NCBI GenBank assembly: GCA_018729555.1 | Contig: JAHHQG010000030.1 | Coordinates: 27,697 to 91,696, forward strand | Length of the DNA: 64,000 nt | DNA from: Clostridiales bacterium | GTDB taxonomy: Bacteria; Bacillota; Sulfobacillia; RBS10-35 | Direction of reading: 5' to 3' | Shown: piece by piece, positions 38,197 to 46,612 of the stretch | Layout: every line of letters begins with the position of its first letter | How positions within the stretch are numbered: the stretch's first letter is position 1 | Notes under the pieces: generated by a model | What the model saw: only the letters and a program-made list of their open reading frames with translations | Databases searched by the model: none | What the model was told of the DNA's origin: nothing | Position numbers and translations under genes: made by a program

Positions 38197-39330
38197 ATGG
38201 CCGGCGACGAAACCCGCCTTCAGCCCGACGAAGCCCTGCGGGAAGCCCAGAAGGCCAAAAAGGGCCGCCACCGCATCTACCTGGGCTATGCCGCCGGGGT
38301 GGGGAAGACCTACGCCATGCTCCGGGAAGGCAACCGCCTCCTCCAGCAGGGGCAGCGGGTGGTCATCGGGGTGCTGGAGCACCACGGCCGCCAGGAGACC
38401 CTGGACCAGGTGGGTGATCTCCCCATCATCCCCAAAAAGCGCATCCCCTACAAAGGCGTCATCCTCGAAGAGATGGACCTGGACGCCATCTTGGCCCTCC
38501 ACCCCGACTGGGTCCTGGTGGACGAGCTGGCCCACACCAACGTTCCCGGCTCCCGCAACACCTACCGTTACCAGGACGTCCAGGAACTGCTGGAAGCCGG
38601 CATCAACGTCATGTCCACCGTCAACATCCAGCATGTGGAGAGCCTCAACGACATCATCAGCCGCATCACCGACGTGGAAGTGCGGGAAACCTTCCCCGAC
38701 TGGGTCCTGGACCAGGCGGACGAGATCATCCTCGTGGATATCCCTCCGGAAGTTCTGGAAGAGCGCCTCCGCCAGGGGAAAGTCTACGATCCCCAGAGGG
38801 CCCAGCGGGCCCTCAAGAACTTCTTCCGCAAGGGAAACCTCCTCGCGTTAAGGGAGCTCACCCTCCGCAAAGTGGCCCAGGAGATGGACGATCTCCTGGG
38901 GGACTACCGCAAGGATGAGCAGATCGAGGAAACCTGGGCCACCTCCGACCGGATCCTGGTGGCCATCACCCCGCAGGAATCCTCCCGAGCCCTCATCCGG
39001 GCGGGTTGGCGGGTCGCCCAGCGCCTCAAGGGGGACCTCTACGTTGTCCACGTTCGCCAGAGGCCCCTCACGGAGGAAGAGGAGGGCACCTTAGACCGCC
39101 TTATGGATTGGGCCCGAAAGCTGGGGGCCACCGTCCGCCAGGTGGAACACCGGGATCTGGTGGAGGGCCTTCTCCAGGTGGTGGAGGAAGAGGAGATCAC
39201 CCAGCTGGTCATCGGGGCTTCGCGGCCATCCCGCTGGCAGGAGATCCTCTACGGCTCTCCCATCACCCGCATCCTCCGCAAGCACCCCCAGCTGGATCTC
39301 CTCGTCGTCTCCGACCGCACCCGGGATTAG
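38197..39330 (+). CDS. KdpD N-terminal sensor (KdpD' + USP) as a stand-alone protein
   Basis: YLGYAAGVGKTYAML, VDELAHTN, NIQHVESLND and FFRKGNLLALRE, then a USP domain; no TM or kinase domain. Confidence 0.93.
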   Translation: MAGDETRLQPDEALREAQKAKKGRHRIYLGYAAGVGKTYAMLREGNRLLQQGQRVVIGVLEHHGRQETLDQVGDLPIIPKKRIPYKGVILEEMDLDAILALHPDWVLVDELAHTNVPGSRNTYRYQDVQELLEAGINVMSTVNIQHVESLNDIISRITDVEVRETFPDWVLDQADEIILVDIPPEVLEERLRQGKVYDPQRAQRALKNFFRKGNLLALRELTLRKVAQEMDDLLGDYRKDEQIEETWATSDRILVAITPQESSRALIRAGWRVAQRLKGDLYVVHVRQRPLTEEEEGTLDRLMDWARKLGATVRQVEHRDLVEGLLQVVEEEEITQLVIGASRPSRWQEILYGSPITRILRKHPQLDLLVVSDRTRD

Positions 39331-40124
39331 ACCTGACACGCGGGACAAAAGGTGCTCCCCCGTCCCGCCACCACATCCCGCCGAAGGGGCGTGTTGCAGC
39401 GCGGGCAGGGCTCCCCCTTTCGCCCATAGACCGATAGCCGCCGGGCAAACCGGCCTTCTTCCCCCAGAGCATCTTGGAAGTGGCGAAAGGTGGTGCCGCC
39501 CCACAAAAGGGCCTCTTCCATGACTTCCCGCAAGGCCTGAAGGAGCCTTTCGGCTTCTTTTGGGCTAAGGGACATCCCCGGCCTTCCGGGCCGGATCCCG
39601 GCGCGAAAGAGGGCCTCGTCGGCGTAGATGTTCCCCACCCCGGAGAGGATCCTTTGGTTGAGGAGGAGGGCCTTGATGGGTGCCCGGCGCCGCCGCCACT
39701 CCGCCAAGACCGCCTCCCCGGCGTCAAAGGGATCAGGCCCCAGGCCGTCCCACGGGGCCGGGGACCCCGGCGAAAGGAGATAGCACCGGCCGAACTTCCT
39801 CGGGTCCCAGAAGAGGAGGTGGCCCCGGGTGAGGGCCAGGTGAAGGTGGAGATGCTGGCCGGGAAAGGGGGGCCCTTCCCGGTAGAGGAGGCGGCCCGAC
39901 ATCCTGAGGTGAAAGCCCAGGACAAGGCCGCCTTCCGCCTCCATGAGGATGTATTTTCCCCGGCGCTCCACCGACCGAAAGGGCTTTCCCTTGAGGGCCT
40001 GCCATAGAGACCCCTCCCCCACAAGGACGTGGGGCGAAAGGCGGAGGATGCCCTCCACCGCCTCCCCCAGGACCACCGGGCGGAGGCTTCTCACCACCTG
40101 CTCCACTTCGGGAAGCTCAGGCAC
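39327..40124 (-). CDS. mutM: Formamidopyrimidine-DNA glycosylase
   Basis: PELPEVE, RRGKY, GVGNIYADEALF and CPRC..FCPACQ zinc finger. Confidence 0.96.
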   Translation of the reverse strand: MPELPEVEQVVRSLRPVVLGEAVEGILRLSPHVLVGEGSLWQALKGKPFRSVERRGKYILMEAEGGLVLGFHLRMSGRLLYREGPPFPGQHLHLHLALTRGHLLFWDPRKFGRCYLLSPGSPAPWDGLGPDPFDAGEAVLAEWRRRRAPIKALLLNQRILSGVGNIYADEALFRAGIRPGRPGMSLSPKEAERLLQALREVMEEALLWGGTTFRHFQDALGEEGRFARRLSVYGRKGEPCPRCNTPLRRDVVAGRGSTFCPACQV

Positions 40125-42693
40125 CGAGGTCCATAGCCTCCAGATCGGCCCAGCTGGGCCCCGCCGACACCTCCACCTGCAAGGGCACCTTCAGCTCCGC
40201 CACCGACGTCATGATGTCCCGGAGGAGCTTTCCCACGGCCTTGGCCTGATCTCGAGGCGCTTCCACCATGAGCTCATCGTGAACCTGGAGGATCAGGCCA
40301 GCGGAAGGGATCTCCCGCTGGAGCGCCTCTTCCACCTGGACCATGGCCATCTTGATGAGATCGGCCGCCGTCCCCTGGAGGGGCGTATTCATGGCCGCCC
40401 GCTCCGCCGCCTGCCGCCGTGCGTAATGGCGCGAGCGGATGTCGGGAAGGTAGCGGCGCCGGCCGAACAACGTCCGGACATACCCCTTTTCCCGGGCTTC
40501 CGCCACGCTCTTCTCCAGATACCCCTTCACCTTGGGGTACTCCTCGAAGTAGGCGCGGATGAACCGGTGGGCCTCCTCCCGGGAAATCCCCAGGGTCCGG
40601 GCCAGCCCGTAATCGCTCATGCCGTAGATGATCCCGAAGTTCACCGCCTTGGCCGCCGACCGCTGAGCCGGCGTCACCTCGGCTTCGGGGATCCCCAGCA
40701 CCTGGGCCGCCGTATGCCGGTGGATGTCGGCTCCCCGGCGGAAGGCCTCCAGGAGCTTGGGATCCTCCGAGAAATGGGCCAGAAGCCGGAGCTCGATCTG
40801 GGAGTAATCGGCCGAGATGAGAAGGTGATCCGGGGCGGCCACAAAGGCCTTCCGCAGCTGCCGGCCCACCTCTTCCCGCACGGGGATGTTCTGCAGGTTG
40901 GGATCCACGCTGGAAAGGCGCCCGGTGGCGGCGATGGTCTGGCCAAAGGTGGTGTAGACCCGGCCCGTCTCCGGGTCCCGCCGCTCCATGAGGCCCACCA
41001 CATAGGTGCTGAGGAGCTTCGCCAGGGTGCGGTGCTCCAGGACCTTTTGCGGCAGGGGATGGAGGGGCGCCAGGAACTCCAAGGTCTCGGCATCGGTGGA
41101 GTAGCCCGTCTTGGTCTTCTTTTGTGGCGGGAGGCCCAGCTTTTCGAAGAGGATCTTCCCCAGCTGCTGGGGGGACGCGATGGTAAAAGGTCCCCCCGCC
41201 AGCTCAAAGATCTCCTGTTCCAGCTCCTTCAGCCGGCCCTTAAAGTCCCTTTCCAGCCGCTTCAGGACCTCCAGATCCACCGCCACCCCCCGGGCCTCCA
41301 TGCGGGCCAGGACCGCCAGGAGGGGGAGGTCGATCTTCTCCCAGACGTCCCAGAGCCCCGCCTCCTTGAGGGCCTCCGCCGCCTCCTCCCAGAGGGCCAA
41401 GGCCACCTTGGCCTCATCCTCCAGGGTGTAGGTCTCCTTCTCCAGACCCTTTCCCAGGCGAGAGGCCATGTAGACGGCATCGTAGCGGGTGCGCCCCGGC
41501 TCCAGAAGATAGCCCGCCAGCTCCAGGTCAAAAAGGGGCGGGAGGGAAAGATCCTTTTCCCAGAAGTAGGCGCTCCGCAAGAGGGGCTTGAGGCCAAACC
41601 CCGCCAGGAGATGGCCCTCTCCCGCTCCTTTGACCCGCACCCAGGCGCCGGGGCGGGGCGGCACCGGCCGCCCTTCCCGGGTCCACACCCCCGCCCAACC
41701 GAAAAGGCCCTCGGCCGGAAAGGCGAGACCCGCAAAGCCCTCCCCTTTTTGCACCTCAAGAGGCTGGGGGAGCTGGTCCAGGGACGTCGCCTCCTTTTCT
41801 TTCGGCCCTTCCTCCTTTTCTGCCGGAACCATCTCTTCGTACCGGCGCCAGAGGCTCCGCATGTCGAGGCCTAAGAAAAAGGCCTGGGCTTCCTCCGAGC
41901 GGCGAAGCTTCAGCCGGAGGTCCTCCCAGTCCACCTCCAGGGGGACATCGAGGCGGATCTGCGCCAGCTCCCGGGACACCAACGCCTGCTCCTTTCCCTG
42001 GAGCAAGAGCTCCTTGGTCCTGCCCGCCACCTGATCTAAGTGGCGGTAGAGATCCTCCAGGGACCCGAAGGACTGGATGAGCTTTAAGGCCGTCTTTTCG
42101 CCGATCCCCTTCACCCCGGGGATGTTGTCGGACGCATCTCCCATGAGAGCCTTCACGTCGATGAGCTGGGGCGGCTCCAGGCCATACCGCTGCCGGATCG
42201 TGGGGAGGTCCACCTCTTCCACCTCGGTGATGCCCTTTTTGGTGTAGACCACCCGGATGGCTTCATCCACCAGCTGAAAGGCATCCCGGTCGCCGGTGAC
42301 GATGGTGACCTGAAGACCGTCTTTCTCCGCTCTTTTGCTGAGGGTCCCCAGGACGTCGTCGGCTTCGAAGCCTTCTTTTCCCACCCAGGGGATACCCAGA
42401 AGGGTAAGGCTCTTTTCCAAAAGCGCTTCCTGGCTCTTGAGATCTTCGGGCATGGGGGGCCGCTGGGCTTTGTACTCCTCATACACTTCGTCCCGGAAGG
42501 TCGCCCCCGGGCGATCCAGGACCACGGCCACGTAATCGGGCTCCCGCTCCTTGATGAAGCGCAAGAGCATGTTGAAAAAGCCCAAAAGGGCGTGGGTGGG
42601 CTGGCCGGAGGAGCTGGTGAGGGGCGGCAAGGCGTAATAAGCCCGGTGGAGGAGGCTGTGGCCGTCCACCAGGAGAAGATGACCTTTCGCCAT
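40117..42693 (-). CDS. polA: DNA polymerase I
   Basis: 5'-3' exonuclease motifs DGHSLLHRAYY, EADD and GDASDNIPG; polymerase motifs DYSQIELR, KAVNFGIIYG and QVHDEL. Confidence 0.97.
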   Translation of the reverse strand: MAKGHLLLVDGHSLLHRAYYALPPLTSSSGQPTHALLGFFNMLLRFIKEREPDYVAVVLDRPGATFRDEVYEEYKAQRPPMPEDLKSQEALLEKSLTLLGIPWVGKEGFEADDVLGTLSKRAEKDGLQVTIVTGDRDAFQLVDEAIRVVYTKKGITEVEEVDLPTIRQRYGLEPPQLIDVKALMGDASDNIPGVKGIGEKTALKLIQSFGSLEDLYRHLDQVAGRTKELLLQGKEQALVSRELAQIRLDVPLEVDWEDLRLKLRRSEEAQAFFLGLDMRSLWRRYEEMVPAEKEEGPKEKEATSLDQLPQPLEVQKGEGFAGLAFPAEGLFGWAGVWTREGRPVPPRPGAWVRVKGAGEGHLLAGFGLKPLLRSAYFWEKDLSLPPLFDLELAGYLLEPGRTRYDAVYMASRLGKGLEKETYTLEDEAKVALALWEEAAEALKEAGLWDVWEKIDLPLLAVLARMEARGVAVDLEVLKRLERDFKGRLKELEQEIFELAGGPFTIASPQQLGKILFEKLGLPPQKKTKTGYSTDAETLEFLAPLHPLPQKVLEHRTLAKLLSTYVVGLMERRDPETGRVYTTFGQTIAATGRLSSVDPNLQNIPVREEVGRQLRKAFVAAPDHLLISADYSQIELRLLAHFSEDPKLLEAFRRGADIHRHTAAQVLGIPEAEVTPAQRSAAKAVNFGIIYGMSDYGLARTLGISREEAHRFIRAYFEEYPKVKGYLEKSVAEAREKGYVRTLFGRRRYLPDIRSRHYARRQAAERAAMNTPLQGTAADLIKMAMVQVEEALQREIPSAGLILQVHDELMVEAPRDQAKAVGKLLRDIMTSVAELKVPLQVEVSAGPSWADLEAMDLGA

Positions 42694-42695
42694 CG

Positions 42696-42896
42696 TCACC
42701 GTTCGACGGCATCCGCCTCGTCCGGGGCGGAGGCATCTTTCTCCGCTTTCGGCGCGCTGGCTCCGCTGAAGCTCTCTTTGAACTCCCGAAGGGCGCTTCC
42801 CAGGGAGCGGCCGATCTCGGGAAGGCGCTTAGGCCCAAAGAAGATGACCGCCAGGGCCAGGACCAAAAGCAGCTGCATCAAACTGGGGGTATGCAT
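42696..42896 (-). CDS. tatA: Twin-arginine translocase TatA/E
   Basis: TM segment plus FGPKRLPEIGRSLG..LREFK. Confidence 0.9.
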   Translation of the reverse strand: MHTPSLMQLLLVLALAVIFFGPKRLPEIGRSLGSALREFKESFSGASAPKAEKDASAPDEADAVER

Positions 42897-42944
42897 TCCT
42901 TCCCCTCCTTCTGCCCTTAACAGTACTGCAGGAGGAAAGGGCCA

Positions 42945-43916
42945 TCAACGATCCGACAAAAAGGTGACTTCCACCTGGGCCCATTGGGCTGCCTGCCAGA
43001 GCTGGACCCTTTTTTCCTCCAAGGCTTCCCGTTCCGCCTCCGACGGCGCCGCAGGTTCCCCTTGCAAAAGGGCTTTCCATGCCCGCTCCGCCTGCCGCAG
43101 TTCCTCGTCCAGGGGGATGGCCTCCACCTTCAGCTCCTTCAGATGCCCCTGGTCCGCCAGGGTGGCCACCAGATCGTCCACCAGAGCCGAGGACACCTGC
43201 AACCGCAAACGGGCCCCTCCTTCCTCCGAAGCTTTCCCCTCCACCAGACGAGCTCCGAAGCGAGCAGCCGCCTTGAGGGTTCCGGCAAGGGAGCTCTCCA
43301 CATCGGCGCTGGTCACCGTCACCCACACCAGCCGCTGGTAACGGGGAGGGTCGGTGGGGAAGAGAAGGGGCGCTTCTCCGGCTCCCTGAAGGGCGGCGGC
43401 CGGCGAGGCGGCCGCCCGCGATGCGACGGTCGCTTCCTTGTCGGGAGGCTGGTCCCCCTCCGCCCGGGCTTCGGAGGAAGCCCCTTCATCCACGGACAGG
43501 GGCTTTACGTCCTCCGCCGCAACTTCCGCCTCGGCATGGAGCTCCTTTGCCGGCTCAGGATGCCATGACGACCAGGCCAAGATCCCTCCCCCGGCCCCCG
43601 CCAGGAGGAGGAAAAAGGCGGCCACCGCCGCCAAGGCGACCTGCCAGCCCCGTCCCACCGCCCTTGCCGGGGCGGACCGGGCCGCCACCAGGGGGGCATA
43701 GCGAAAGAGGCGATCCCGCAAGGTGGCCTGAAAGTGGGGCGGAAGGGGCGGGAGGGGCAGCTGCCGCAGGGCTTCCTGCATCTGGCGCAGATCCTCCAGC
43801 TGCCGGGTGCAGTCAGGCTCCGACGCCAGGGCCAGCTCCACCCGGACCCGTTCTTCGGAGCTCACCTCGCCGTCGAGATAGGCGCTCAACAGTTCCGGCG
43901 GGAGGGAGCAGGTCAT
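42945..43916 (-). CDS. Anti-sigma factor (degenerate zf-HC2, TM, DUF4349-like extracellular domain)
   Basis: C..ELLSAYLDGE N-terminus; single TM; directly downstream of the ECF sigma gene. Confidence 0.78.
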   Translation of the reverse strand: MTCSLPPELLSAYLDGEVSSEERVRVELALASEPDCTRQLEDLRQMQEALRQLPLPPLPPHFQATLRDRLFRYAPLVAARSAPARAVGRGWQVALAAVAAFFLLLAGAGGGILAWSSWHPEPAKELHAEAEVAAEDVKPLSVDEGASSEARAEGDQPPDKEATVASRAAASPAAALQGAGEAPLLFPTDPPRYQRLVWVTVTSADVESSLAGTLKAAARFGARLVEGKASEEGGARLRLQVSSALVDDLVATLADQGHLKELKVEAIPLDEELRQAERAWKALLQGEPAAPSEAEREALEEKRVQLWQAAQWAQVEVTFLSDR

Positions 43917-43917
43917 C

Positions 43918-44520
43918 TCATTCCACCTGCCTTTCCCCTTCCTGGACGGAAGATGACGGCAAAAGTTCCGCCATGAGGGCCCGCCGAAGGGCCATGCGGG
44001 CCCGATGGAGGCGCGATTTCACCGTCCCCTCCGGGATCTGCAGCACCTGGGCGATGTCGGCGTAGCTCAACCCCTCCACGTCCCGCAGCACCAGAGGCAC
44101 CCGGAACTCATCGGGGAGGGAGAGGAGGGCCCGTTCCAGCTCCGCCCGGTGCTCCTTGCGCAGCACCACCGCCTCCGGGCCGGGCTGGGGATCGGGCCAG
44201 TCGACCTCTTCCAGGTCATCCCCTTGGGGGCGGATGTCCACCACCCTGGGCCGCCTTTGGCGGCGGCGGTACTCATCCAGGCAGACGTTGGTGGTGATGC
44301 GATGGAGCCATGTGCCGAAGGACGAATCGCCGCGGAAGGTGGGAAGGGAGAGGAAGGCCTTCAATAAGGCCTCCTGCGCCATATCGGCGGCATCTTCCGG
44401 ATCCCCCGTCAGGCGGAGAGCCAGGTGGTAGACCTTCAGCTGGTGGCGGGCGATGAGTTCCTCAAAGGCCGCCACCTGCCCTTCTTGGGCCAGGCGCAGG
44501 AGCTCCTTTTCCGATACCAT
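43918..44520 (-). CDS. ECF RNA polymerase sigma factor (SigW-like)
   Basis: AFEELI, DMAQEA, FGTWLHRITTNVCLD and LSYADIA..GTVKSRLHRAR. Confidence 0.95.
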   Translation of the reverse strand: MVSEKELLRLAQEGQVAAFEELIARHQLKVYHLALRLTGDPEDAADMAQEALLKAFLSLPTFRGDSSFGTWLHRITTNVCLDEYRRRQRRPRVVDIRPQGDDLEEVDWPDPQPGPEAVVLRKEHRAELERALLSLPDEFRVPLVLRDVEGLSYADIAQVLQIPEGTVKSRLHRARMALRRALMAELLPSSSVQEGERQVE

Positions 44521-44553
44521 GAACCCTCACAATCCCTGGGATGGGCATAAAAA

Positions 44554-44640
44554 TGGTGCCGGAGGTGGGATTCGAACCCACACGGCCTTGCGGCCACACG
44601 ATTTTGAGTCGTGCGTGAATGCCAGTTCCACCACTCCGGC
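44554..44640 (-). tRNA. tRNA-Leu (CAA)
   Basis: GCCGGAG/CTCCGGC acceptor stem, anticodon loop CTCAAAA, long variable arm, GGTTCGAATCC and CCA. Confidence 0.94.
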
Positions 44641-44674
44641 ACTGCCACCCATACTTTAGCACAGGCTTTGCCCT

Positions 44675-45607
44675 TTAGCCATTGTCAGCCTGTGCCAAGT
44701 TGGGCATATTTTCGACCTCGATGCTGAGATCCAGCAGATCACCGCCCCGGAGGACCGTCAACGTGGCCCGCTCGCCGGGGCGCCGCCGGGAAAGGAGCCT
44801 GCGGATGGCCCCCAGCTGGTGGACCGGCTGACCGTCGACGTAGACCACCAGATCCAGGGGCTGGACACCGGCCCGCGCCCCCGGCCCGTCTTCCGCCACA
44901 TAGGTGACGGCCACGCCCCGCTTCACCGGCAGGGCAAAGAGCTGGGCCACGGCGGGATCCACCTCTTGCGCCTCCCCGCCAAACCCCAGCCAGGCATGGG
45001 TGGCCTCCCCGTACTCGATGATCTGATTGGCCACCCGCCACGCCGTCTCCGCCTGGACCGCCAAGCTGAGGCCGTGCATCCAGCTGAGGATGCTCACTCC
45101 CGCCACCTGGCCGTCCAAAGTCACCAGGGGGCCGCCGATGTTCCCGGGATGGACCAGGGCATCGGTGACGATGAGGCCATCCACGGGGAGGCGCTCCGGC
45201 CGGTAGATGCTGCGGTCAGCCGCCACCACCACCCCCATGTTGGCCGTCACCCCCTGCCCGAAGGAATCCCCCAGGGCCAAGACGATGCGGCCCGCAAAGA
45301 GCTCCTCTTCGTTCAAAAGGGGCGGCAAGACTTCCTCGGCCCGGCCTTCCAGGCGCAAGAGGGCAAGGCCGTAAAGGGGATCGGTCGCCACCGGGTACGC
45401 CGGGAACTTCCGCCCCTCAGGGGTGCGGACGGTGAGCTCCCATCCTTTCTCCCCCAGCTGAGCGCTGGTGAGGACATGGCGCCGATCGATAAAGGTCCCG
45501 CTTCCCAGGGTCACGGAACCGTCCTTGTGGCGCTGGCCAACGATGTGGGCCACCGCCTTCCTCCCCATCTCCACCGCCTGGCGGTTGGCCTCCGACCACC
45601 GATCCAT
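44675..45607 (-). CDS. HtrA-like trypsin + PDZ protein with a non-catalytic triad
   Basis: LGSGTF, VLTSAQL, DPLYGLA, TDALVHPGNIGGPL and a C-terminal PDZ; SD AGGAGG before ATG 45607. Confidence 0.88.
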   Translation of the reverse strand: MDRWSEANRQAVEMGRKAVAHIVGQRHKDGSVTLGSGTFIDRRHVLTSAQLGEKGWELTVRTPEGRKFPAYPVATDPLYGLALLRLEGRAEEVLPPLLNEEELFAGRIVLALGDSFGQGVTANMGVVVAADRSIYRPERLPVDGLIVTDALVHPGNIGGPLVTLDGQVAGVSILSWMHGLSLAVQAETAWRVANQIIEYGEATHAWLGFGGEAQEVDPAVAQLFALPVKRGVAVTYVAEDGPGARAGVQPLDLVVYVDGQPVHQLGAIRRLLSRRRPGERATLTVLRGGDLLDLSIEVENMPNLAQADNG

Positions 45608-45641
45608 GCCGCCACCTCCTTTTCGTTCGTCGGCTATTTCC

Positions 45642-45683
45642 ACTATATCACGACCTTTCCCATTCCCTAGGGCGTGCTACCAT
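45642..45683. promoter_or_regulatory. Divergent extended -10 elements
   Basis: Minus strand TGa-TATAGT (45650-45642) toward the htrA-like gene; plus strand TGc-TACCAT (45675-45683) toward the deacetylase. Confidence 0.5.
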
Positions 45684-45692
45684 GGGCGTAGG

Positions 45693-46526
45693 ATGAAACG
45701 CCTTTTCCTCGTTCTTGCCCTTTTCCTCGCCTTTTTCTTGACGGCTTGCCGGCTCTCGCCGGCCACCCCCCTGGCCGAGACGCCGCCGCCCCTTCCCCTT
45801 CCCCAGGAAGGGGAGCCGGCCCCGCCCCGGGAACCGGAAAAGGTCACCCAATGGCCGCCGGTGGCCGTCCTCATGTACCACCAGCTGGGCGACCCACCGC
45901 CGGGCCACCCGTGGCCGGAGCTCTACGTCTCAAAAGACGCCTTTGCCGCCCAGCTGGACTGGCTGGATCGGGAAGGCTTTCACCCCGTGACCCTGAAGGA
46001 AGTTCTCACCGCCTGGCGGGAAGGCCGCCCTCTTCCCGATAAGTCCGTGGTCATCACCTTCGATGACGGCTATGCCAGCACCGTCCAGGTGGGCCTCCCC
46101 CTGCTGCAGGCCCATGGCTTTCCCGCCGTCCTCTTCCTCCAGGGAAACCTCCTCAACCGGGCCGGCGCCGTCAGCGACGCCATGGTCCGCACCTGGCTGG
46201 AAGCCGGCATGGAGCTGGGGTCCCACACCATGCGCCACCTGGACCTCACCCGCGCCTCAGAAAAGGATCTGGAGGCGGAGGTGGTGGGCTCCCGCTCCTT
46301 CCTGGAAACCACCTTTGACATACCGGTCCTCACCTTCGCCTATCCCGCCGGCCGGGCCGACGACCGGGCCCGGTCCATGGTGGAACAGGCGGGCTACGAA
46401 GCCGCCTTCACCACCCGGTCTGCCTGCGCCCGGGCGGAAGATGATCCCTTTCTCCTCCCCCGCCTGCGGGTGAACGGGAGCGACAGCCTGGAGGCCTTCG
46501 CCCGCAAAGTCAGCTGCCACCCCTAG
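45693..46526 (+). CDS. Polysaccharide deacetylase (CE4) lipoprotein
   Basis: Lipobox LTAC; VLMYHQ, ITFDDGY, GSHTMRH and FAYPAG. Confidence 0.92.
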   Translation: MKRLFLVLALFLAFFLTACRLSPATPLAETPPPLPLPQEGEPAPPREPEKVTQWPPVAVLMYHQLGDPPPGHPWPELYVSKDAFAAQLDWLDREGFHPVTLKEVLTAWREGRPLPDKSVVITFDDGYASTVQVGLPLLQAHGFPAVLFLQGNLLNRAGAVSDAMVRTWLEAGMELGSHTMRHLDLTRASEKDLEAEVVGSRSFLETTFDIPVLTFAYPAGRADDRARSMVEQAGYEAAFTTRSACARAEDDPFLLPRLRVNGSDSLEAFARKVSCHP

Positions 46527-46612
46527 TTTCGCTTCAAGCCGACGTGGCCCTTTTCGGGATCGGCCGGGCCGATGCGGACCTCTCCCTCCCCCGCCATGGG
46601 CCATCGCCCCTT

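Noticed and set aside
41200-41850. Eroded 3'-5' exonuclease region of PolA
   Set aside because: A non-proofreading Pol I is normal in Bacillota and Thermus-like enzymes.
44612-44631. Atypical D-arm (GGCATTCAC) in tRNA-Leu(CAA) as a sign of a pseudo-tRNA
   Set aside because: All stems, the T-loop, the anticodon and CCA are intact; probably a tolerated variant.
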